Positions 52,964 through 61,831 of a DNA stretch of 64,000 nucleotides are shown piece by piece. Within the stretch, counting starts at the first letter, position 1. Every line of letters begins with the position of its first letter. The notes beneath the pieces are model-generated. The model worked only from the letters and a program-made list of their open reading frames with translations. It did no database searches and was not told where the DNA came from. The translations under genes and the position numbers were made by a program. Source of the DNA: Acidobacteriota bacterium (GTDB lineage Bacteria; Acidobacteriota; UBA890; WLXD01); the NCBI GenBank assembly GCA_963666055.2, contig CAXWPH010000015.1, positions 2,016,001-2,080,000 on the forward strand. The letters are read 5' to 3'.

Positions 52964-55126
52964 CTAACGAGTGCCGAAGAGCGTCGCCAGCGGGTTCTCC
53001 AGCATCCAGATCTCGGTGCGGTGTCGACCGGCGGAGAACACCAGTCGGTCGTCGTTCGGGTACAGCCGGATATCTCGCAGATCGCGTGGTAGCTCGTCCA
53101 CCAGAATGCGGGTTGCCCCATCCCTACCTGCCCATCCTAGTGAATGTCGGTCGGCATCGGCGCGCACGTATAGGGCGCCACTACCATCGTTGGTCCAGCC
53201 GATGATATCGACGCCCTGCGAGCTCGTACCCAGCGTGGTGATGTCATGTCGCTCGCCGGTTGTCAGGCTGATGAACTCGAGGATCCAGCTGGCCGGCTGG
53301 CCTGGGTCGTCGCGCCGAGTCGCGGTGGCCAGCATCGTGCCGTCGGGGGCGAACGAAAGGGCGCGTACGTCCGCCGGCGAAGCCCCCATCATCAGCACCG
53401 TCTCCTCGCGACTGTCGATGTTTCGCAGCACCAGATCGCCCTTGCCTTCTCGCTGTTGCGGGCGGTAGTACGCTAAGAAGCGACCGTCCGGCGACAGCGC
53501 CGGAGCGGCGGCGCAACCGCAGCTCGGGCGGTCCCAGGTGACCATCGGTTCCACCGCGGCGGTGTCTGCATCGATGGCATAGATACCCCAGCGACTGTCC
53601 TGATCGAGGGCCTCGACCACCAGGTGTGTGCCGTCCGGATGCCAGCGCGGAGCCAGCACCTTACGTAGGTCCGGCGCTGGGGAGTGCTCTGCGCCCGTCC
53701 GCAGATCGCGGACAACCAGAATCGTGGGCCCGAGGCCAGCAGGCAGCATGCCCCGGTCGGATAGGTAGACCATGCGCCGACCGTCGGCAGATAGGGCAGG
53801 CGATCGATTGACCCCGACGAACCGGCCGCCGATCGCTACACGCTCGCCGATGGCGCCGGTTTGCGGATCGATGGTAGCGGTGTAGATGTCGTTGAGGCTG
53901 ATCTGCTGCGCGTAGACCAGCGCCCCGTGATCGGCGAAACCCAGCGGGATGCTGCGCGCGAAGTCCGGCTTGACGAGCTGCGGCTCGTTGCGCCTGCGGC
54001 CATCGCGACCGACCTCGACGACCCATGCCGCCAGTGTCCCCGTACGGTCGCTGACGAACAACACGTGCCGTCCGTCTGTGGTCCAGATCGGCAGCAGATC
54101 GTTGGCGGGGTGATCCACGAGCTTGGTGGTTACCGAGCCGTCGCTGGCGATCAGCAGGATATCGTGGGTACCGTCGTCGTTGAGATGGTGGTATGCAATC
54201 CAGTGCCCGTCGGGCGACAGCCGCGCGGTTACGGACGCCGTCGGACCGAGCTCGGCCACCACGCGCACGCTGCCATCTTCGATGGAGATCAGCGCTAGCT
54301 CGTGGGTGGTGTCGTCGACGTCCACCACGGCCAACAGATCATCGCCGTCGGTTGACCAACTCTCGAGCTGGACTTGACGAGGTCGCATCCATCCGGCGAG
54401 CACCGAGTGCTCCTCGGATCCGTCCGCCGAGATGATGCGAATCTCGTAGCCAGCCTCGGGCGAGCGCCGCGTATAGGCGACGCTTCGGCCGTCGGGTGAT
54501 ACGACGCTCGAGCGCCACATGTTGCTGTCCAGGGCGCTACCGAGATCGGTCACGGCGCGTTGGAAACCTCGGTCCAGGTCGTGGATCGCGAGGCTACCGG
54601 AGGCGGAGTCGATGAACGAAATAAAGCTCCCATCAGGCGACAGCGCGCCGAACGCATAGGCTTCCGACCCTTCCAGGAGTCGCCGCGCGACCATCGAGTT
54701 GCCCCCGCCGATGCGTAGCTCGTCGCCCAGCACGGCTCGCGCCAGGCGCACGAGCTCGCTGAGTCGCGGATCCATGGCGTAGTTGGTGACGATCCGCCGG
54801 TGGTGCGCCAACGCCTCCTCGACGCGACCGACTCGCGAAAGCAGCACCGCAAGACGAAACTCAGCAACCGCCGCCAGCGGTGCATCGGCATCCGGCGCGG
54901 CCAGCGCCCGCTCGTAGGAAGCAATGGCCGCCTCGGGATCGCCTACCGCCTCTTCGAGATGGATGGCTCGCTGCAGAAGCTGACGCGCCGAGTCGGGTGT
55001 CTGTGGAATCGTGGCGCCGGCGCTGTTGCCATTGGTCACGAGCATGGTGCCGCAAAGCGCGACGGCCACGCCGACGATCGTTGCCCATCGGGAGCGAGAG
55101 GCAGTTAGACCGATGCCAGGGGTCAT
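52964..55126 (-). CDS. Exported TPR plus PD40/TolB-like beta-propeller protein
   Basis: Signal peptide; LEEAVGDPEAAIASYERAL TPR-like segment; many SPDG/WxxDG repeats. Confidence 0.85.
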   Translation of the reverse strand: MTPGIGLTASRSRWATIVGVAVALCGTMLVTNGNSAGATIPQTPDSARQLLQRAIHLEEAVGDPEAAIASYERALAAPDADAPLAAVAEFRLAVLLSRVGRVEEALAHHRRIVTNYAMDPRLSELVRLARAVLGDELRIGGGNSMVARRLLEGSEAYAFGALSPDGSFISFIDSASGSLAIHDLDRGFQRAVTDLGSALDSNMWRSSVVSPDGRSVAYTRRSPEAGYEIRIISADGSEEHSVLAGWMRPRQVQLESWSTDGDDLLAVVDVDDTTHELALISIEDGSVRVVAELGPTASVTARLSPDGHWIAYHHLNDDGTHDILLIASDGSVTTKLVDHPANDLLPIWTTDGRHVLFVSDRTGTLAAWVVEVGRDGRRRNEPQLVKPDFARSIPLGFADHGALVYAQQISLNDIYTATIDPQTGAIGERVAIGGRFVGVNRSPALSADGRRMVYLSDRGMLPAGLGPTILVVRDLRTGAEHSPAPDLRKVLAPRWHPDGTHLVVEALDQDSRWGIYAIDADTAAVEPMVTWDRPSCGCAAAPALSPDGRFLAYYRPQQREGKGDLVLRNIDSREETVLMMGASPADVRALSFAPDGTMLATATRRDDPGQPASWILEFISLTTGERHDITTLGTSSQGVDIIGWTNDGSGALYVRADADRHSLGWAGRDGATRILVDELPRDLRDIRLYPNDDRLVFSAGRHRTEIWMLENPLATLFGTR

Positions 55127-55815
55127 GGGATGAACTTGTAGCCGGCGCCGCGCACCGTCAACAGGTGACGTGGGTTCTGCGAGTCGGCCTCGAGCTTCTG
55201 CCGCAGGCGATACATGAATGTGTCGATCGTGCGCGTCGTCGGGTAGGCGTTGAGCCCCCACACGTCATCGAGGAGCCGATCGCGGGTGATCACCTCGTGC
55301 GGATGCTCGATCATCAACCGCAGCATGGCCACCTCACGGTCGGTCAGGTCGTACTGCTCGGAGCCCTTGAAAACCACGTATTGCCCGAAATCGACCACCG
55401 CATCGCCGATCTTTATCCGTTCGGCGCTGCCGTTGTCATCGGCGGCACGACGCAGGTGAGCCCGCACGCGCGCCAGTAACTCCTTCACGCTGAACGGCTT
55501 GGTGACGTAGTCATCCGCGCCGGTATCCAGCCCCACGACCTTGTCCCCCTCCTGCGACTTCGCTGTGAGCATGATTATCGGGGTGCGGATACCCCTTTGG
55601 CGCAGCTCGCGACACACCTGAATACCGTCGAGCTTGGGCAACATCACGTCGAGAAGAATCAGGTCCGCGCGACCGGTCAATGCCAGCTCGATGCCGGCCT
55701 CGCCGTCGGCCGCCACCAGCGCCGCGAATCCGTTGTGCTCGAGCGCGTCGCGGAGCCCGCTGACCAGGTGAGGCTCATCCTCGATTATCAGGATTGTCGA
55801 TCGGTTCTCACTCAA
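55123..55815 (-). CDS. OmpR-family response regulator
   Basis: ILIIEDE, LLDVMLP, GADDYVTKPF, TRTID...LRQKLE, TVRGAGY; TTG start estimated. Confidence 0.95.
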   Translation of the reverse strand: MSENRSTILIIEDEPHLVSGLRDALEHNGFAALVAADGEAGIELALTGRADLILLDVMLPKLDGIQVCRELRQRGIRTPIIMLTAKSQEGDKVVGLDTGADDYVTKPFSVKELLARVRAHLRRAADDNGSAERIKIGDAVVDFGQYVVFKGSEQYDLTDREVAMLRLMIEHPHEVITRDRLLDDVWGLNAYPTTRTIDTFMYRLRQKLEADSQNPRHLLTVRGAGYKFIP

Positions 55816-56821
55816 GAGGATCCTTCCCGCTCGGTTGTTCGTCGAACTCCAGGCTCGTCGTGCGGCGCCGCTGTTTCGCTTCGGGGTCGCGCGGCAGCAC
55901 GACGGTGAAGGTCGTACCGTGGTTCGGCGTGCTGTCGACGTCGATGGAACCGCGATGGGCATCAACAATATGGCGCACGATGGTCAGCCCGATGCCGCTG
56001 CCGGCGACGGATCGGAGCTCGGGATTATCAATGCGGCAGAACGGATCGAAGATCTGCTCGACGGCCTCGTCGGTCATACCGACTCCAGTGTCTGAGACCT
56101 CGATCCGCACTCCGTCGTCTTCGGCTGCAAGGGTCACGGCAACGTGCTTGTCGCCCTCGCCGATGTACTTGGAGGCATTCGACAACAGGTTCACAAGCAC
56201 CTGAGCGATGCCGTCACGATCGATCCGCACTACCACGGGTTCGGTCGGAAGGTCGACCTCGAGTTCGATGCCAGCGGTTTCAAACGAGTATCGGTAACGC
56301 TCGATGATGTCGGCAATCAGGCGATTCAGATCGTCGGGCCGGAAGCGGAAATCGCGGCGGCCCGACTCGATGCGCGAGAAATCCAGCACATTCTCTATGA
56401 CGCCGGAAAGTCGCTCGCTCTCGTCCAGCATCACCTGGTAGTACTCGGGCTTCTTGGACTCTGGGAGCCATCCGGCCCGGAGGTTCTCGGCGAACATGCG
56501 AATCAGCGATAGCGGTGTCTTGAGCTCGTGTGAGACATTCGACACGAAGTCCGAGCGGGCTCGCGCCAGTGCCACCTCACGCGAGATGGTGCGGGTGGCG
56601 AGCACCAGCCCTCCTACCACGGCCAGGAACGCGGCCAACAGCAGCACAGCGTAGTCCATCACGTCGCGTTGCCCCACCGCCGCCAAGGTGCCGGCGCTTG
56701 GGAAGGCGGCGATGTGCCACCCGGGCAACGCTACCAGGGCGATCCGGGCAGTCACCTTGTCCTTCGGGGGGTCGCTCGTCGTTGCCGACACGATCTCTGT
56801 GGCGGATCTGCGTCGTCGCTG
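55808..56821 (-). pseudogene. Sensor histidine kinase, 5'-truncated (second TM, HisKA and HATPase intact)
   Basis: SHELKTPL, NLLSNA, DTGVG, GSGIGL; only ~55 aa precede the TM before an in-frame stop near 56822; no first TM or RBS. Confidence 0.75.
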
Positions 56822-57175
56822 CTACGTCGCCTACGTCGGCATTGCGAGAAGGTTGAAGCGTCGTGTCGACGAGCATTTGATTGGAAGAGACAGCAGCGTC
56901 GCTGTTGGAACGTCGGCGACCGGGATCAATCCCGAGTACGTAACGGAGGTCCGCTGGTGGCAGAACGGTGCTTTCAGGGGGAAGCAGGCGCTGGCGGCCG
57001 CCGAGGTTTCTGGCAACAGAGATCTTGCAACCCGTTCTCCGCAGTAGAGCCAGGACTCCGCTGGCAACAACAAAGAAGATCCACGATCCAGCATTCCGAG
57101 AGCGGATGGACGCCTTGTTCAAGGGCGAGCCCACCGGGAAAGTGCCTGTGCCGAACCTCGCCAGCCTGGCACGGA
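56810..57175 (+). pseudogene. Fragment of a GIY-YIG-like protein, frameshifted
   Basis: YVAYVGIARRLKRRVDEHL...WW...AAAE, then FLATEILQPVLRSR... in another frame; no start codon or N-terminus. Confidence 0.5.
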
Positions 57176-57269
57176 CGCCGGGCTGCAGTAGCGGAACCTC
57201 GGCCGGGTCCACGTACTTGAACCACTCACGCTTGAACAGCCCGCCTCCGAAGGGCCGCGGGCTGTCTAC

Positions 57270-57305
57270 GCGAGTTGAAAAATCTCTGCGCGAGTTGAAA
57301 AAATC
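57270..57305 (+). repeat. Tandem direct repeat GCGAGTTGAAAAA(A)TC, 20-bp period
   Basis: gcgagttgaaaaatctctgc-gcgagttgaaaaaatc. Confidence 0.6.
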
Positions 57306-57473
57306 AAGGACGCGTGGCCGGAGCTGCCCAGACGGTCACCGGGGCGCTGCTACTCTTGCCGTCGCCGCCGGCGACCGCGCCGTCGCCACTGCGCCTCGTG
57401 TAATAGCCGTCAGCGCCCGTGTGTCGGGCCCCAGTGAACAATCGATCCGCTTAGAGCTCGGAGCTTTAACAAC

Positions 57474-58526
57474 ATGGCAAATAAGGCCAGTCTGACAGAA
57501 CTAGATGAGGCCATTAAGGCGCTTGAGTCGGTCGACATCGATCGGCTGAAAAGACCATCTCTAGGCGATGAATCACTCGCTAAAGACATCGTCAGTCGGC
57601 TAACGCCGATTGGGAAACTCGCAGACCTAGCCAAGCGCTACGCCCCGCTTGTTCATTACAATCTCGTTGGAGAGGTTCGAAACACCATTGCGACGATCAC
57701 CCAGGCCATGAATGCCCATGCTGCGCTCGAACCATCCCAATATATCGACCAAAAAGTGGCGTTCCTCCAAGACCTCGACGATCGGATCGAGGAATCCAAA
57801 AACTGGCAGCCGACACTCGCTGCGGCAGCGGTACTCGATCGCGGCCTTCTCGACGATGAAGGCGTCAAGCGCGCGAGCGACCTGGCGCTGGAGAACCTAA
57901 AAGAGACGGCTGCCGAAACGCTTGCAACGATCAAAGTCGAAGCCGATAAGGCCATCCAAGGAGCTCAGGATCTGGCCGAGGAGATCGAGGCTAGAGCCCG
58001 CCGTACGGCGTCACAGATCTCCGTTGAGGAGGCACAGAATCAGTTTAAAGAAGCGGCTAAAGGTGACGAGAAGAGTGTCCGCCGTTGGTGGTGGACAGCT
58101 ATTGGCTCGGTCGGCCTCTTAGTTATTTTCCCGCTGCTGTTTATGCTATGGGAACTCCCAGCCGGCGAGTGGCCAGTGGCGCTGTATCACACGTTGCTTA
58201 GGATACTCGTGCTGAGCGCCATAGCTGGCACGGCGGCGTTCACATTCAGGATGCTCAGAGCGCATCTCCACCTAGCTGAGAAGAACAAGCATCGCGTGAG
58301 AGTGGCGAACAGCGTCGCGGATCGTCTGAAAGAACCTCGAGGCCGCCGAGGTGTCGTCGCCGACGTGCGGTACCAGCTGGAGCAGCGCTTCGGTTACCAG
58401 CTCCGGCGTCAGCTCCGCGGCGAAGCCCTCCGGCCACGGGTGCGGAAAGCTCGGCAGCCGCGCCAGCACTGCCCGCGGCAGCACGGCGCACAGGCCGCCC
58501 GTGAGCTCTGGGTGCTGGTGCTCTAG
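57474..58526 (+). pseudogene. Lower-GC coiled-coil plus 2-TM hypothetical protein; native C-terminus probably replaced after ~58320
   Basis: Helical heptad-rich region, two TMs, HLAEKNKHRVRVANSV, then an abrupt shift to GC-rich Arg-rich sequence. Confidence 0.6.
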
Positions 58527-58675
58527 GTTGCGTAGGCGCCGGTAGCGCGTCGGCAGCCGCGATGGCCAGCGCGGAGACAAACCCACCGCGGGGTTGTCGA
58601 TCGCTGCGGCGGCGCCAGGATTCTCATTACGGCTTGGTGTCCAGCATGACCACGATCCAGTCGTTCCTAAACTGG

Positions 58676-58782
58676 GTCTCTGGTACCCATGAGTTCTTGT
58701 CTGGTATTGTGTCTGTAATTGTATGCACCTTGAGATCGTGTCTTGGTATCTTGTTTCATTGCAACGACTTAGAGAAAATAAG
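58676..58782. mobile_element. Attachment-site scar next to the tRNA-Ser 3' end with arm-type-like direct repeats
   Basis: AT-rich; TGTCTGGTATTG, TGTCTGTAATTG, TGTCTTGGTATC, GTCTCTGGTAC; CAACGACTTA near the tRNA end. Confidence 0.6.
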
Positions 58783-58874
58783 TGGCGGAGGGGGTGGGAT
58801 TCGAACCCACGGCACGGAATGAACCGTGCAACGGCTTAGCAGGCCGCCCTATTCGTCCGCTCTAGCACCCCTCC
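58783..58874 (-). tRNA. tRNA-Ser(GCT)
   Basis: GGAGGGG acceptor stem, GCGGC-CTGCTAA-GCCGT anticodon arm, long variable arm, GTTCGAATC, GCCA end. Confidence 0.96.
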
Positions 58875-58907
58875 AACGGGACGTGATCTCCATGCGCCGG
58901 CGACTGA

Positions 58908-59002
58908 GGCGGAGGCAGAAGGATTCGAACCTTCGGACCGCCTTTGAAAGCGGTCAACGGTTTTCAAGACCGCCGCATTCAGCCGGACTCTGCCATGCCT
59001 CC
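58908..59002 (-). tRNA. tRNA-Ser(TGA), CCA not fully encoded
   Basis: GGAGGCA acceptor stem, GCGGT-CTTGAAA-ACCGT anticodon arm, long variable arm, GTTCGAATC, ends G-CC-T. Confidence 0.95.
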
Positions 59003-59051
59003 GGATGAGCGGTAGGTTACCAAGACCAAGCGTGCGAGGTAGCCCCTGTGG

Positions 59052-60341
59052 CTAACCGCCGGGGCGGTTGATTGGGTCGATGCGCTCGATATCGGCCAGG
59101 TATGGACGCAAGGCCTTCGGCACCCGCACTGTCCCATCGGCTTGCTGCTGGTTCTCCAGGAGTGCTACGAGGGCGCGACCGACCGCAATCCCCGAGCCGT
59201 TCAGGGTGTGAGTCAGCCGCGTCTTTCCATCACCCTCGGGCCGGTAACGAATGTCGGCGCGTCGCGCTTGGAAGTCGGTGCAGTTGCTGCATGACGAGAT
59301 CTCTCGATAACGACCCTGTGAGGGTAGCCAAACCTCCAGGTCGTAGGTCTTGGCGGCAGCGAAGCCCATGTCGCCCGTCGACAGCGTGATCACACGATAA
59401 GGCAACTCCAGACCCTGCAGGATGCGCTCGGCGTCGGCGGTGAGCGTCTCTAGCGCCTCGAAAGAGGATTCCGCGTCGGTGATCCAGACGAGCTCGACCT
59501 TGTTGAACTGGTGCATGCGTATGAGCCCGCGAGTGTCGCGACCGTAAGAGCCCGCTTCACGACGGAAGCACGACGTATGGGCGCAGTACTTCACCGGAAG
59601 ATCTGTTGCAGCGAGGATCTCGGCGCTGTGGAGGTTTACCAGCGGCACTTCGGAGGTCGGAATCAGGTAAAGATCGTCGCCGCCCACGAAGAAGGCGTCA
59701 TCGGCGAACTTTGGCAACTGGCCGCTTCCCTGCATGGCCTGCGGTGTTACCAGCAGCGGCGTGAGCACCTCCAGGTAGCCGTGGCTTGTGTGTACATCCA
59801 GCATGAAGGCAGCGAGTGCCCGCTCGAGCCTTGCGCCGGCGCCGAATTGCACCGAAAAGCGTGCTCCAGAGAGTTTTGCCGCACGCGCGAAGTCGAAGAT
59901 GCCGAGCGACTCACCGAGCTCGACGTGATCGCGGGGCTCGAAGTCGAACTCTGTCGGCTGACCCCAAGTGCGCTCAGTGCGGTTGGACGCCTCGTCCTCG
60001 CCAATCGGCACGCTCTCATGCGGCAGGTTTGGCACGCACAGCATATCGTCGCGAATCGCTGCTTCGACGCCCTTGAGCTCGCCCTCGAGCTCCTTGATGC
60101 GATCGCCTACACTCCGCATGCTCGACATGATCTCGCTGGCGTCGGCACCGCTGCGCTTGAGCTCGCCGATCCGTTTGCTGGTTTCGTTACGCTCTGCCTG
60201 CAGCCCCTCGACCTCACCGATGAGCGCACGTCGCTGTTTGTCGCGGGCCATCAGCGCTTCGATGTCTACATCCGAGTGGCGCTGCGCCAGCGCGTTGCGC
60301 ACTTGGTCGGGGTGTCGACGGATGATGCTGAAGTCGAGCAT
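59052..60341 (-). CDS. serS: Serine--tRNA ligase
   Basis: [58 protein letters not shown]. Confidence 0.99.
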   Translation of the reverse strand: MLDFSIIRRHPDQVRNALAQRHSDVDIEALMARDKQRRALIGEVEGLQAERNETSKRIGELKRSGADASEIMSSMRSVGDRIKELEGELKGVEAAIRDDMLCVPNLPHESVPIGEDEASNRTERTWGQPTEFDFEPRDHVELGESLGIFDFARAAKLSGARFSVQFGAGARLERALAAFMLDVHTSHGYLEVLTPLLVTPQAMQGSGQLPKFADDAFFVGGDDLYLIPTSEVPLVNLHSAEILAATDLPVKYCAHTSCFRREAGSYGRDTRGLIRMHQFNKVELVWITDAESSFEALETLTADAERILQGLELPYRVITLSTGDMGFAAAKTYDLEVWLPSQGRYREISSCSNCTDFQARRADIRYRPEGDGKTRLTHTLNGSGIAVGRALVALLENQQQADGTVRVPKALRPYLADIERIDPINRPGG

Positions 60342-60460
60342 TCGGGAGACCTGGGTGGCGAAGTACGGGGACTCTGCCCAGAGGATATCGGGGTCACCGA
60401 TGGCGCACGAGTACGCGTGGTAGCTTCGAGCGTTCCAGTTGTCGACAGCACAGGATCACC

Positions 60461-61321
60461 ATGAGCTTCCGCACGACGGTCATTCCGGTTGCGGGCCTCG
60501 GCACGCGCTTCCTGCCCGCCACCAAGGCGACCCCCAAGGAAATGCTCCCGGTGTTCGATCGGCCGCTGCTGCAGTACGCCGTCGAGGAGTCGGTGGCCGC
60601 TGGCGGCAGCCGAATCGTCTTGATTACCGCACCCGGCAAGACCTCTGTGCTGAAGCACTTCGCCGCCGATCCGGGGCTCGAAGCCACCCTCCGCGAACGC
60701 GGTAAGAACGCGATGCTCCAGGTGGTCCAGTCGGTAACCAGCCTCGCCCGGGTAGAGGCGGTGGAGCAACGGAAGCCCTGCGGTGTGGGGCACGCGATCT
60801 TGCAGGCGCGCGAGGCGGTAGGCGACGAGTGCTTCGCGGTGATGTTTCCGGACGACTTCCTGCTGGCGAAGGTTCCCGTCCTCGAACAACTCCGACGCGT
60901 TCACGTCCAACACGGAGGCATCGTGGTGGCGGTCGAGCGAGTACCGCACGAGCACGTCGATCGGTACGGCGTGATCAGCGGCGAACGTGTTGCCGCCAAC
61001 GTCTATCGCGTCACCGACATGGTGGAAAAGCCTTCGATCGACGAGGCGCCCACGGATCTGGCGATCGTCGGTCGCTACGTGCTTCCGCCGAAAATCTTCA
61101 GGATCCTTGGCGAGACCGGTGCCGGCGTCGGCGGCGAGCTCCAGCTAACGGACGCGCTGAGGTCCGCGCTAAGCGAGGAACCCTGTCATGCGGTGGAGTT
61201 CGAGGGGGTCCGCTACGACTGCGGCAGCCGCTTCGGGCTTTTGCAGGCGACCGTCGAGGTGGCACGACGTCATCCCGAAGTCGGGGGCAGATTTCGTCGC
61301 TACCTGAGCGAGCTGGACTGA
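60461..61321 (+). CDS. galU: UTP--glucose-1-phosphate uridylyltransferase
   Basis: VIPVAGLGTRFLPATKATPKEMLP, VEKP, GRYVL, GELQLTDA, RYDCG. Confidence 0.96.
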   Translation: MSFRTTVIPVAGLGTRFLPATKATPKEMLPVFDRPLLQYAVEESVAAGGSRIVLITAPGKTSVLKHFAADPGLEATLRERGKNAMLQVVQSVTSLARVEAVEQRKPCGVGHAILQAREAVGDECFAVMFPDDFLLAKVPVLEQLRRVHVQHGGIVVAVERVPHEHVDRYGVISGERVAANVYRVTDMVEKPSIDEAPTDLAIVGRYVLPPKIFRILGETGAGVGGELQLTDALRSALSEEPCHAVEFEGVRYDCGSRFGLLQATVEVARRHPEVGGRFRRYLSELD

Positions 61322-61357
61322 CGCGGGGCGACTATCGCTAGTGAGCCACAGGAGACG

Positions 61358-61684
61358 CTAATCGCTCTTCTTATCGGGTTTCTTCGAAGTCTTGTCGCTC
61401 GTCGACTTGGCGGCCGTATCAGAGTTCTTCTTCTCCGACCCCTTCTGGCCCTCGCCCTTGCTGCCTTCGGCAGATTCCTTGCTGTCCGATGCCGGCTTCT
61501 TGCCCTTGTCGGAGTAGTCGGTGACGTACCAACCGGTGCCCTTGAACTGGATCGCTGGAGCATGCACGAGTCGATCGACACGCCCCTTGCACTCCGGACA
61601 AGTGCGCACAACGCGATCCGAGAATTTCTGTATGCGTTCGAAGCGATGGCCGCATTTGCGGCACTCGTACTCGTAGATTGGCAT
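61358..61684 (-). CDS. FmdB-family zinc-ribbon protein
   Basis: MPIYEYECRKCGH...CPEC...FKGTGWYVTDY and a K/S-rich tail. Confidence 0.93.
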   Translation of the reverse strand: MPIYEYECRKCGHRFERIQKFSDRVVRTCPECKGRVDRLVHAPAIQFKGTGWYVTDYSDKGKKPASDSKESAEGSKGEGQKGSEKKNSDTAAKSTSDKTSKKPDKKSD

Positions 61685-61831
61685 CGGGGGCGCCGGGTTG
61701 CGCAACAGCGGCTTGGAAAGTTACCACCCCCAATATACCAACGTCGGGCGTGCGGCGGAGACGATACGTATCCGCGTCGAGCAACTTCGCCAGCACCGCA
61801 TTCGCTGGGGCGCCGACGCACCCAGGTCACT

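Noticed and set aside
58272-58586. Minus-strand ORF fragment in the island
   Set aside because: Possibly a gene scrap, but no start signal or recognisable family, so not called
58908-59002. Possible selenocysteine or suppressor tRNA
   Set aside because: Anticodon is TGA (reads UCA, Ser), not TCA; normal 7-bp acceptor stem
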